Below, in pieces: positions 19,674 to 28,122 of a stretch of 64,000 bases of DNA. The stretch spans positions 992,001 through 1,056,000 of the forward strand of contig CAVVKJ010000010.1 of assembly GCA_963748815.1 (NCBI GenBank), written 5' to 3'. The translations under genes and the position numbers were made by a program. The notes beneath the pieces were generated by a model. That model had not been told where the DNA came from. It saw nothing but the letters and a program-made list of their open reading frames with translations, and did not search any database. This DNA comes from an uncultured Gemmatimonadales bacterium. Lineage in GTDB: Bacteria > Gemmatimonadota > Gemmatimonadetes > Gemmatimonadales > GWC2-71-9. Position 1 is the stretch's first letter, and every line of letters starts with the position of its first letter.

Positions 19674-21113
19674 ATGCGTCGCGTACTCCTGCCCCTGATA
19701 CTGGCGCTCGCCGCGCTCTCGGCCCCCGCGGCCGCGCAGCAGGGTGACCATTTCGACCACCCGCAGCACGCCAAGGTCTTCCCGACCTGCACCGCCTGTC
19801 ATGCCGGCGCTCTCAATCCCTCCCGGCCGCTCCTCCCCTCCGGGCAATCGTGCGCCAGCTGCCACGACGGCACCATCGAGCGCCGGGTGGACTGGAAGGC
19901 GCCCGCGCCGACGGGAACCAACCTTCGATTCACGCACGCCGAGCACAGGCAGGAGGTGCTCGCCAAGGCAGGAGGCGACTCCACGCTCACCTGCCAGGCC
20001 TGCCACATTCCCGAGGGCAGCGCCTGGATGACGGTGGAGCCGGCGGTCATGCCGCAGTGCCTGGCCTGTCACGGCGTCAAGGCGGCGCACCTCGCCGCCC
20101 CCGACACCGCGTGCGCCACCTGCCACCTCACGCTGGCGCAGGCGACCACGCTGACCTCGGCGCAGGTGAAGGAGTTCCCGGCACCGCCGTCGCATGAGGC
20201 GGCCGGGTTCATGGGCGCCGACGGGCACGGCGCGCAGGCGCAGGCCGGCACCGGGCCGACGACCTACCTCGTGGCACCAAGCTGCGCCACCTGCCACGCG
20301 CAGGAGTTCTGCATTACCTGTCACGTGAACGCCCCGGAAACACCGACCATCCAGGCGCTGGCCCAGGACCCCCGATCGCTCGCCATTCCGGCGCGTCTCG
20401 AGGAACCCGCCACGCACGAGCAGCCCAATTTCGTGACGACCCACGGCAAGTCGGCGCGCAAGAGTGCCGCCGCCTGCCAGACCTGTCACACCCAGGAGAG
20501 CTGCCTCTCCTGTCACATCACGCCGCCGCGGTCGGTCGCCACGCTCTACGCGAGCGGTCCCGGTCGGGGGGCGGGCGCCCAGGTGGAGCGGAGCCGTCCG
20601 GCCAGCCACATGGCCGACTTCAGCACCATCCACTCGCCAGTGGCCAACAGCAACCCGCAGTCGTGCGAGGGGTGCCACGCGCGCCCGCAGTGCCTCGATT
20701 GCCATCGCGGGACGCCCGACCGCACGCCGCAGTACCACCCGCAGACCTTCCTCGAGCGGCATCCGGCGGCGGCGTACGCGCGCGAGACCAACTGCAGCGA
20801 CTGCCACAACCCCGGCGCCTTCTGCCAGACCTGTCACGTACAGTCGGGCCTCGGCAGCCCCAAGGGAGCGCTCCAGGCGGGCTACCATGACGCCTACCCG
20901 GCCTTCCTGCTCAACCACGGCCAGGCGGCCCGCCAGAGCCTCGAAAGCTGCACCTCGTGTCACGTCGAGAAGGACTGCCTGAGCTGCCACTCGGCGCTCT
21001 ACGGCCGCGGCTTCAACCCGCACGGCCCCGGGTTCGACCCCGAGCAGCTCCGCTCCAAGAACCCGCAGATGTGCACTGTATGTCACGGACAGCGGGTGCC
21101 GAGTTCGAAGTGA
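19674..21113 (+). CDS. Periplasmic 16-heme c-type cytochrome
   Basis: Sec signal ending AAA-Q; 16 CxxCH; repeated H...F...H...CxxCH-x4/5-CxxCH modules. Confidence 0.9.
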   Translation: MRRVLLPLILALAALSAPAAAQQGDHFDHPQHAKVFPTCTACHAGALNPSRPLLPSGQSCASCHDGTIERRVDWKAPAPTGTNLRFTHAEHRQEVLAKAGGDSTLTCQACHIPEGSAWMTVEPAVMPQCLACHGVKAAHLAAPDTACATCHLTLAQATTLTSAQVKEFPAPPSHEAAGFMGADGHGAQAQAGTGPTTYLVAPSCATCHAQEFCITCHVNAPETPTIQALAQDPRSLAIPARLEEPATHEQPNFVTTHGKSARKSAAACQTCHTQESCLSCHITPPRSVATLYASGPGRGAGAQVERSRPASHMADFSTIHSPVANSNPQSCEGCHARPQCLDCHRGTPDRTPQYHPQTFLERHPAAAYARETNCSDCHNPGAFCQTCHVQSGLGSPKGALQAGYHDAYPAFLLNHGQAARQSLESCTSCHVEKDCLSCHSALYGRGFNPHGPGFDPEQLRSKNPQMCTVCHGQRVPSSK

Positions 21114-21160
21114 GGGAAGCGGGGAAGCGGGGAAGCGGGGAAGCGGGGAAGCGGGGAAGG
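21114..21160 (+). repeat. 8-bp tandem repeat (GGGGAAGC), about 6 copies
   Basis: Read directly after the stop codon at 21113. Confidence 0.95.
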
Positions 21161-21205
21161 AAGATGCGAATGGAAGGCGAGCGCGCAAGGTCCAGCCAGC
21201 AGAAT

Positions 21206-21231
21206 GGCCCCGGGTAGAATCACCCGGGGCC
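21206..21231. terminator. Hairpin between convergent genes, probable bidirectional terminator
   Basis: GGCCCCGGGT-agaatc-ACCCGGGGCC followed by GTTTGT. Confidence 0.75.
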
Positions 21232-21250
21232 GTTTGTCCGTCAGGACATG

Positions 21251-21703
21251 CTACTTGATCAGAATCTTGCTGGTGACCGCCGACGGCACCTTCGGCAGAT
21301 GCACGAGCAGCACTCCATCCTGATAGGTTGCCGTGACGTTCTCCGCCATTGCGGGCGCGGGAAGCCGGATCATGCGGTGGAACTCGCCCCACTCCCGCTC
21401 GGCGTGCAGGTAGCGCTCGGTCGGTTCCGCCCCCGGGAATTCACGGCGACCGCTCAGCGTCAGCAGGGTCCCGACCAGCGTGATGTCGAGATTTTCCCGG
21501 TGGGCGCCGGGCACGTCGAGGCGGACGAGGTACTCCGCGTCGGTCTCGAGCAGATCGAAGGGAGGGAGCCACGCCGCAGGCTCCGCCTCACGGGTCCGCA
21601 GCAGGGCCTCGGGGGCGAAGGTGTTGTGGAAAAGCCGGTCGAACACCTGGTCGATGTCGTTGCGCACCTTGGCCATGACGGGTGCGGCCTTCACGATTCT
21701 CAT
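21251..21703 (-). CDS. Hsp20/alpha-crystallin small heat shock protein
   Basis: P.FDLLET, DVPG, ER.WGEF.R.IRLP, ATYQDGVL.V.LPK; AGGAGG RBS before ATG 21703. Confidence 0.95.
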   Translation of the reverse strand: MRIVKAAPVMAKVRNDIDQVFDRLFHNTFAPEALLRTREAEPAAWLPPFDLLETDAEYLVRLDVPGAHRENLDITLVGTLLTLSGRREFPGAEPTERYLHAEREWGEFHRMIRLPAPAMAENVTATYQDGVLLVHLPKVPSAVTSKILIK

Positions 21704-21731
21704 GATTCCTCCTGATAGAGACCGTGCCACC

Positions 21732-21775
21732 ACGATAGCATCCCGGCGCTGAAGCCGGTGTGAAGCGGGGTTGAA
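21732..21775 (-). promoter_or_regulatory. Triple TTCA direct repeat (11-bp period) plus extended -10, upstream of the first Hsp20
   Basis: Minus strand TTCAAC-N5-TTCACA-N5-TTCAGC-N7-TGCTATCGT; same layout at 22721-22764. Confidence 0.65.
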
Positions 21776-21778
21776 ACC

Positions 21779-22690
21779 ATGGCCACGAAGTTCGCGCAGG
21801 GGTTCTGGCGGCTCGCCGATCCGAAGATTTCGCTCGCCTCCGCCGCCGGCATGCTGCTGGGAGCCTCCTCCGCGGCCGCTGCCGGACCGATCGCGATCGG
21901 CTGGCTCCTGCTCACGGTGCTGGGGATCTTCGCGGTGGAGGTGGCAAAGAACGCCTCTGGAGAAGTGTACGACTGGGACTCCGGCACCGACCTCAAGGTG
22001 CGGGACGAGGACCGCAGCCCATTCTCAGGGGGCAAGCGCGTGCTCGTGGACGAATTGCTCACGCGAGGCCAGACCTGGGGAATCGCCCTCGGCGGCTACC
22101 TGATCGGCGCGGCGGCGGGGCTGGTGATCGTGGGATGGAGGGAGCCCACGGTGCTCTGGTTCGGGATGGCGGGAATGGCCATCGCCTTCTGCTATCACGC
22201 CCCGCCCTTCCGATTCAGCTATCGCGGCCTCGGGGAACTCGCGGTGGCCATCAGCTACGGACCGCTGGTCTGCGTCGGTACCTACCTGGTGCAGCGCGGG
22301 GCAATGCCGATAGAAATCATCCTGCTTTCGCTCCCGCTCGGCATCCTGATCGCCGCTTTCCTCTGGATCAACGAGTTTCCTGACTACTCCGCCGATGCCC
22401 TCTCCGGCAAGCGTACGCTGGTGGTGCGCCTCGGCCGCGCCCGGGCCGCCCGGGGGTTTGCGTGGCTCGGCGTGACGGCCGCCCTGATCCTGGTGTTCCT
22501 GCCGGCCGCGGGCGTTCCAGCGACGGTCTGGCTCGGCGGCGTCGCCGCGCTGCGCTACATCCCGGCCGCACGGATCCTGCTGGCCACTCCGGAGGACACC
22601 TCCCGAGTTATTCCCGCCCAGGCGATGGCGCTGCAGGCCTTCCTGCTCTACGCCGCCGGCGCCTCGGTCGGGATGCTCATCGGGCGGTGA
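21779..22690 (+). CDS. menA: UbiA-family prenyltransferase, MenA-like (DHNA polyprenyltransferase)
   Basis: EVYDWDSGTD, FSGG, YRGLGE, INEFPDYSADALSGKRTLVVRLG; multiple TM helices. Confidence 0.8.
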   Translation: MATKFAQGFWRLADPKISLASAAGMLLGASSAAAAGPIAIGWLLLTVLGIFAVEVAKNASGEVYDWDSGTDLKVRDEDRSPFSGGKRVLVDELLTRGQTWGIALGGYLIGAAAGLVIVGWREPTVLWFGMAGMAIAFCYHAPPFRFSYRGLGELAVAISYGPLVCVGTYLVQRGAMPIEIILLSLPLGILIAAFLWINEFPDYSADALSGKRTLVVRLGRARAARGFAWLGVTAALILVFLPAAGVPATVWLGGVAALRYIPAARILLATPEDTSRVIPAQAMALQAFLLYAAGASVGMLIGR

Positions 22691-22720
22691 GCGTTGCCGC
22701 GCTCCACGAAGCAAGGAAAT

Positions 22721-22764
22721 TTCGCCGGCGGTTCACAGTCGTTTCACCCCCTGCGTGCCATCTT
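22721..22764 (+). promoter_or_regulatory. Triple TTCA direct repeat plus extended -10, upstream of the second Hsp20
   Basis: TTCGCC-N5-TTCACA-N5-TTCACC-N7-TGCCATCTT. Confidence 0.65.
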
Positions 22765-22792
22765 GGAGTCGCACCATTCACCAGGGGGCTTT

Positions 22793-23233
22793 ATGAAACT
22801 CGCCAAGCTCAACCCGATCCTCGGCAACGTGGAGAAGATCGATCGCCTGTTTGATCCCTTCCTCACGGGGCCGCTCTTCCCCGAACTCGCGACCAGGGGA
22901 TTCGAAGGCGCCTGGGTACCGACACTGGACCTCGCCGAGAACGACAAGGCGTACATGGTCCGGCTCGAAGTCCCGGGCATGCCGAAGGAAAACCTGGACG
23001 TGAAACTGACCGGTGAAGTGCTGACCATCACCGGCCATCGCGAGGCCGTCAAGGAAGTTCCCGGCGAGAACTTCCTGTACAGGGAGCGGGAGACCGGCAA
23101 GTTCGTCCGGACGATCCGCCTGCCGGCCGCCGTGATCGAGGGGAAGATCGAGGCGCACTACACCGACGGCGTGCTCAACGTGACGCTGCCGAAGGCCGCA
23201 CCGGAAGTGCGGAGCAAGATCACCATCAAGTAG
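22793..23233 (+). CDS. Hsp20/alpha-crystallin small heat shock protein
   Basis: WVPTLDLAEND, EVPGM, RERETGKFVRTIRLP, AHYTDGVLNVTLPK. Confidence 0.95.
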   Translation: MKLAKLNPILGNVEKIDRLFDPFLTGPLFPELATRGFEGAWVPTLDLAENDKAYMVRLEVPGMPKENLDVKLTGEVLTITGHREAVKEVPGENFLYRERETGKFVRTIRLPAAVIEGKIEAHYTDGVLNVTLPKAAPEVRSKITIK

Positions 23234-23253
23234 GTGATCGCGCCTCGAACGGC

Positions 23254-23286
23254 GAAGGGCCCCGGGCAGAGTGCCCGGGGCCCTTC
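23254..23286. terminator. 15-bp perfect hairpin between convergent Hsp20 and glpK
   Basis: GAAGGGCCCCGGGCA-gag-TGCCCGGGGCCCTTC. Confidence 0.8.
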
Positions 23287-23329
23287 TGCGATTCTGTCAT
23301 TGCAAGGCCACGCAGTGGCCGAAGCCATC

Positions 23330-24811
23330 TCACCCCTCAAACCGCGCCCATGCCAGGGTGGCATGCACCGCCCGCTCCCAGCCGGCACGCCAGGCGTTTC
23401 GGTCCGCCGGAGTCGAGACGGGCTCGAACCGGGTAAACCGCCTCCCCTCCAGAAACTGGTCGGAATCCCTCCAGAGCCCAAGGGTGATCCCCGCCAGCCC
23501 GGCGGCACCGAGCGCCGTCGTTTCGAACATGTCGGGCCGTTCGACCGGCGAGCCCAGGACGTCGGCCAGGAACTGCATGAGCCAGCCGTTGGCGCTGGCG
23601 CCGCCGTCCACCCGCAGGGCCCCCGCCGCGAGGCCCGCATCCGCCCGCATCGTCTCGACCAGTTCGGCGCTGCTGAACGCCATCGCCTCCAGGGCGGCGC
23701 GCACGAGGTGCGCCCTGGTCGTGCCCCGCGTGAGTCCGGTGACGGTTCCGCGCGCCTCCGCCTCCCAGTGCGGCGACCCCAGCCCGACGAACGCAGGGAC
23801 GAAGTGCACCCCGCCGGTGTCCGGCACGCTCCGGGCCAGCGCCTCCGATTCGTCGGCCCGGGCCACGAGCCCGAGCCCGTCCCGAAGCCACTGCACCGCG
23901 GCGCCCGCAATGAAGACGCTCCCCTCGAGGGCATAGGCCGGCTCCCCGCGAGGTCCGCAGGCGGCGGTGGCCAGGAGCCCGTGCGCGGAGTGCGGCCGCT
24001 TCGCGCCGGCGTGCATCAGGAGGAAAGTTCCCGTCCCATAGGTGTTCTTGGCGCTGCCGGCCGTCACGCACCCCTGCCCGAAGAGGGCGGCCTGCTGGTC
24101 GCCGGCAATCCCGGCGATCGGCATCGCGACGCCAAAATGGTCGGGACGGCATTCCCCGCACACCGAGCCGGAGGTCACGATCCGAGGCAGCAGCGTCGGA
24201 GGCACCTGGAAGAGCGTGAGGAGCTCCGGATCCCAGCCGCGCTCCTCCAGCCCGTAGAGCATGGTCCGCGAGGCGTTGGTGTGGTCGGTGACGTGGCTCG
24301 CACCGTCGGTGAGCCGCGCCACGAGCCAGCTGTCCACGGTGCCCGCCGCCAGCTCACCCTGCTCGGCCCGCCGCCGCACCTCGGGATCGGTGAGCATCCA
24401 CTCCAGCTTGGTCGCCGAAAAATAGGGATCGGGCACCAGCCCGGTCCGTTCCCGCAGCATCTCCGCGAGCCCAAGGGCGCGGAGCTCGGCGCAGCGCGGC
24501 GCGGTCCGGCGATCCTGCCAGACGATGGCCCGTCCGAGGGGCGCGAGCGTCTTCCGATCCCAGAGGAGGATCGTCTCGCGCTGGTTGGTGATGCCGAGGC
24601 CCTCGGGCCGCTCACCGGATTGCGCGATCGCCTCACGGCCGGCCTCCAGCGCGCCCTGCCAGATGTCGCGCGGATCGTGCTCGACCCACCCCGGCCGGGG
24701 AAAGTGCTGCGGCAGCTCCCGATAGCCGCGACCGAGCACGGTGCCGTCCTGGTGGATGACCAAGGCCGTCGTGCCGGTGGTGCCTGAGTCGATGGAGAGG
24801 ATGGAGGACAT
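23330..24811 (-). CDS. glpK: Glycerol kinase
   Basis: IDSGTTGT, GWVEHDP, ITNQRET, WQDRRT, YFSATK, GDQQAALFGQ, KNTYGTG, LRVDGG. Confidence 0.97.
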   Translation of the reverse strand: MSSILSIDSGTTGTTALVIHQDGTVLGRGYRELPQHFPRPGWVEHDPRDIWQGALEAGREAIAQSGERPEGLGITNQRETILLWDRKTLAPLGRAIVWQDRRTAPRCAELRALGLAEMLRERTGLVPDPYFSATKLEWMLTDPEVRRRAEQGELAAGTVDSWLVARLTDGASHVTDHTNASRTMLYGLEERGWDPELLTLFQVPPTLLPRIVTSGSVCGECRPDHFGVAMPIAGIAGDQQAALFGQGCVTAGSAKNTYGTGTFLLMHAGAKRPHSAHGLLATAACGPRGEPAYALEGSVFIAGAAVQWLRDGLGLVARADESEALARSVPDTGGVHFVPAFVGLGSPHWEAEARGTVTGLTRGTTRAHLVRAALEAMAFSSAELVETMRADAGLAAGALRVDGGASANGWLMQFLADVLGSPVERPDMFETTALGAAGLAGITLGLWRDSDQFLEGRRFTRFEPVSTPADRNAWRAGWERAVHATLAWARFEG

Positions 24812-24820
24812 AAGCGTCGG

Positions 24821-24847
24821 CGGGGAAGCGGGGAAGCGGGGACGCGG
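24821..24847 (+). repeat. Second GGGGAAGC array (about 3 copies)
   Basis: cggggaagcggggaagcggggacgcgg in the DMT-glpK spacer. Confidence 0.85.
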
Positions 24848-24848
24848 C

Positions 24849-25766
24849 TCAGCGCGTCGGCGCGGGGACGGGGCGGGCCGGCGGTGATGTTCTCCGCGAC
24901 AGCAGCACCCCAGTGACGATGAGCACGGCGCCTCCGATCTGGATGGGACGCGGATGTTCGCCCAGCAGCGGCCAGGCCACGAGCATGGCGATGAGCGGGA
25001 TCATCGAATTGAATATGGCGGTGCGGCCGCTGCCGACGACGCGGACCGCGTTGTTCCACAGGAGGTAGGCGACGACGATGGCGAGGAGGGTCGCGTACCA
25101 GACACCAGACCAGGCGCGCACACTCAACCCGCCCCAGTCGAGTCCGATGAGGCCCGGCCCCCCCAGCAGGAGCAGTCCGGGGGCGCCGGTCGCCATGGTC
25201 CACGCCGTGAGCCGCAGCGTCGAGATCCGGAGGCGCATCGCCCGGACCCCCAGCGTGAAGAAGGCCCAGCAGAGCGTGGCGCCGAAGATGGCGAGGTCGC
25301 CCGTCAGCCGGCCGACACCGAGCTCCACGCCCTTCCCTGCCAGGATGAGCGCGACGCCGGCGAAGCCGAGCACCCCCCCGGTCACCACCGGCCGGCGGAG
25401 CGCCTCGATGCCGGTAACGGCGCCGAGGAGCGCCACGATCAGAGGCGTGGTGGCGATGATCAAGGAGGCGTTGGCCACCGAGGTGTGGGTGAGCCCGTAC
25501 ATGAAGAAGACCTGGTAGAGCGTGTTGCTGAGGACGCCCATCCAGACGAGGGTCCACCACGCCTCCCGGGGCAGCGCGATCGACCCTTCCCGCCACCGCA
25601 GCACGGCGAGGAGGATCACCGCGGCCAGGGAGAACCGCAGCCCGGCGAAGCTCATCCCCGACATTTCGGCGAGTGCCATCTTCATGAAGGAGAAGTTGGC
25701 GCCCCAGATGAGGACCACGACCACCATCGCCAGCTCGGCGCGCGCGGCCTGGCGGGTCTCGCTCAC
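24849..25766 (-). CDS. DMT/EamA family transporter
   Basis: IWGANF, LRF, about 10 TM helices in two repeats, LLGE...Q..G. Confidence 0.9.
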   Translation of the reverse strand: MSETRQAARAELAMVVVVLIWGANFSFMKMALAEMSGMSFAGLRFSLAAVILLAVLRWREGSIALPREAWWTLVWMGVLSNTLYQVFFMYGLTHTSVANASLIIATTPLIVALLGAVTGIEALRRPVVTGGVLGFAGVALILAGKGVELGVGRLTGDLAIFGATLCWAFFTLGVRAMRLRISTLRLTAWTMATGAPGLLLLGGPGLIGLDWGGLSVRAWSGVWYATLLAIVVAYLLWNNAVRVVGSGRTAIFNSMIPLIAMLVAWPLLGEHPRPIQIGGAVLIVTGVLLSRRTSPPARPVPAPTR

Positions 25767-25887
25767 GCGGACGCCTGATCGCGTCGGGGGCTGCGGGATT
25801 CCGCTCGGACGGGCACGCGAGGCGTCATGGCATTAAAATGCTCTCGTTCCGGACCGTTGGCCACCGCCCTCCAACCCCACCCCACCC

Positions 25888-26670
25888 ATGTCCTACGAAA
25901 CGCTGCTCCTCGACGTGCGCGACGGCATCGGATTCCTCACCGTCAACCGCCCCGACAAGCTCAACGCGCTCAACGACGCCGTCATCGCCGACCTGGACCG
26001 GGCAGTCACGCAGATCGAGGGAGACGACGCCATCAAGGGGGTCATCCTGACCGGCGCCGGGCCGAAGGCATTCGTGGCGGGCGCCGACATCGGCGAACTG
26101 TCAAAGCAGAACCAGATCACCGGGAAGGCCCGCGCCATGCGCGGGCAAGCGGTCTTCCGCCGGCTGGAACAGTGCGGCAAGCCGGTCGTGGCCGCGGTGA
26201 ATGGCTTCGCGCTCGGCGGCGGCTGCGAGCTGGCCATGGCCTGCCACCTCCGCGTCGCCAGCGAGAGCGCCAAGTTCGGGCAGCCGGAAGTGAAGCTCGG
26301 TATCGGCCCTGGCTACGGCGGCACCGTGCGGCTTCCGCGCCTGGTGGGCAAGGGGCGCGCGCTGGACCTGCTCATGACGGCACGCATGGTCGGCGCCGAG
26401 GAGGCGCTGCAGATGGGGCTCGTCAACCGGGTCGTCCCCGCGGACCAACTGATGGCCGAAGCGGAGCAGCTCCTCCGTGGCATCCTGGCCAACGGCCCGC
26501 TCGCCGTCGGGCTCTGCATCGAGGCGGTGGATGCCGGGCTGGAGATGAGCCTCGACCAGGCGCTGCTGCTGGAGGCCAACCACTTCGGCCTGCTGGCGTC
26601 GACCGACGACATGCGCGAGGGCATGAGCGCTTTCCTCGAGAAGCGCCCGGCGTCGTTCCGCGGCAGCTGA
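25888..26670 (+). CDS. Enoyl-CoA hydratase/crotonase
   Basis: NRPDKLNAL, FVAGADI, ALGGGCELAMAC, FGQPEVKLG. Confidence 0.95.
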   Translation: MSYETLLLDVRDGIGFLTVNRPDKLNALNDAVIADLDRAVTQIEGDDAIKGVILTGAGPKAFVAGADIGELSKQNQITGKARAMRGQAVFRRLEQCGKPVVAAVNGFALGGGCELAMACHLRVASESAKFGQPEVKLGIGPGYGGTVRLPRLVGKGRALDLLMTARMVGAEEALQMGLVNRVVPADQLMAEAEQLLRGILANGPLAVGLCIEAVDAGLEMSLDQALLLEANHFGLLASTDDMREGMSAFLEKRPASFRGS

Positions 26671-26676
26671 GCCGAC

Positions 26677-27759
26677 GTGCATCTCGACCGCATCGTCCTG
26701 CGGGGGTTCCGTAACCTCCGCGATCTCGACCACCCCCTTCCCCCGGAGGGGGTGGTGCTCCTGGGTCCCAACGCGCAGGGGAAGACCAATTTCCTCGAGG
26801 CAATCGGATACCCGGTGCTCTTCCGAGCGGTGCGCGGAGCGACCGACGCGGAAGTGGCCGGGTTCGGTGGCCCCGGATTTCGCCTTGAGGCGGCATTTCA
26901 CGACGGGGATCGGGACCGCACCGCCGAGGTGACCTACACCGCCGGGAACCGCCGGAAGCGCATCCTGCTGGACGGCGCGCCGGTGGCGCGGCTTTCGGAG
27001 GCGGTAGGCGCCTGGGTCGGGGTCGCCTTCCTCCCGAGAGACGTGGCGCTCGCGGGGGGACCGGCCACGGAACGACGGCAGTACCTCGACCGGATGCTTT
27101 CGCTGGCCTCCGCCGACTACCTCCGTGCGCTCGCGCGGTACCGGGCGGCGCTCGCGCAGCGGAACGCGGCGCTGCGGCAGGGGCAGGAGACGCTGGCGCG
27201 GGCGTTCGATGCCCCCATGGCGGCGGCCGGAAGCGAAGTCACCGCGCTGCGGCTCCGCTGGGTGGCCGGTGCCGCGACCCGGTTCGCGGAAGGGTTCGCC
27301 TCGCTGGGAGAACAGGGGCCGACCGCCCTCTCCTACCGCACCGACGCCGTGCTCGCGGATCCGGCGGGTTGGGTGGACGCGCTGCATCGGGCTCGGAGTC
27401 GTGATCTTGGAAGGGGCATGACCACCATCGGACCGCACCGGGACGACCTGATCATGACCGTCGACGGCCGGTCGCTTCGCGACTTCGGTTCGACGGGACA
27501 ACTGCGCAGCGCCGCGGTGGCGCTCCGGCTCCTCGAACTCGCCACCATCCAGGAGGCGCGCGGAGTCCCCCCGGCGCTCCTCCTCGACGACGTCTTTGCG
27601 GAGCTCGATTCCGACCGCCAGGCTCGGCTGGCCGACCGGCTGCTGGCCCAGCGGGTGGGGCAGGTGTTCATCACCGCGCCGCGGCGCGATGAACTCCCGG
27701 CCGGATTGAACTTGCCGGTCTGGTCGGTCCACCAGGGCGTCGTGACGGAGGCCGCGTGA
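26677..27759 (+). CDS. recF: DNA replication/repair protein RecF
   Basis: FRN, GPNAQGKTN, QRNAAL, GPHRDD, GSTGQ, LLLDDVFAELD. Confidence 0.96.
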   Translation: MHLDRIVLRGFRNLRDLDHPLPPEGVVLLGPNAQGKTNFLEAIGYPVLFRAVRGATDAEVAGFGGPGFRLEAAFHDGDRDRTAEVTYTAGNRRKRILLDGAPVARLSEAVGAWVGVAFLPRDVALAGGPATERRQYLDRMLSLASADYLRALARYRAALAQRNAALRQGQETLARAFDAPMAAAGSEVTALRLRWVAGAATRFAEGFASLGEQGPTALSYRTDAVLADPAGWVDALHRARSRDLGRGMTTIGPHRDDLIMTVDGRSLRDFGSTGQLRSAAVALRLLELATIQEARGVPPALLLDDVFAELDSDRQARLADRLLAQRVGQVFITAPRRDELPAGLNLPVWSVHQGVVTEAA

Positions 27760-28094
27760 GCAGGCGACCAGATCCGGAGGGGAAGAAGCGCCCGCTCGCC
27801 CCGCTGGCGCAGGTGCTGGAGGAGTATCTCACCTCGTCAGGACTCGGGAAGGGTGTGGAACGCGCCGAGGTGGTGCAGCGCTGGCCGGAGCTGGTCGGGC
27901 CGCAGATTGCGGCGGTGACGCAGGCGGAATCGGTGTCGGAGGACGGGGTGCTCCGGGTGCGCGTCGCGACGGCGCCATGGGCAACGGAATTGAGCCTGAT
28001 GACGCCGCGGATCCTCGCGAAGATCAACGCAGGACGGAAGGGACGGATCAACTCCGTCCGCTGGATTGCGGGGCCGCTGGAGCGGCGGGACTGA
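27756..28094 (+). CDS. DUF721/DciA family protein
   Basis: WPELVGPQIA...GVLRV...WATEL; overlaps the recF stop. Confidence 0.88.
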   Translation: MSRRPDPEGKKRPLAPLAQVLEEYLTSSGLGKGVERAEVVQRWPELVGPQIAAVTQAESVSEDGVLRVRVATAPWATELSLMTPRILAKINAGRKGRINSVRWIAGPLERRD

Positions 28095-28122
28095 AGAGCC
28101 GGTCGGGCAAGTGCCCTCGGCG

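Noticed and set aside
21114..21160. CRISPR array
   Set aside because: 8-bp units with no spacers and no cas genes.
1..23286. Respiratory island as a mobile element
   Set aside because: No integrase, transposase, tRNA or flanking direct repeats seen; the left boundary is outside the window.
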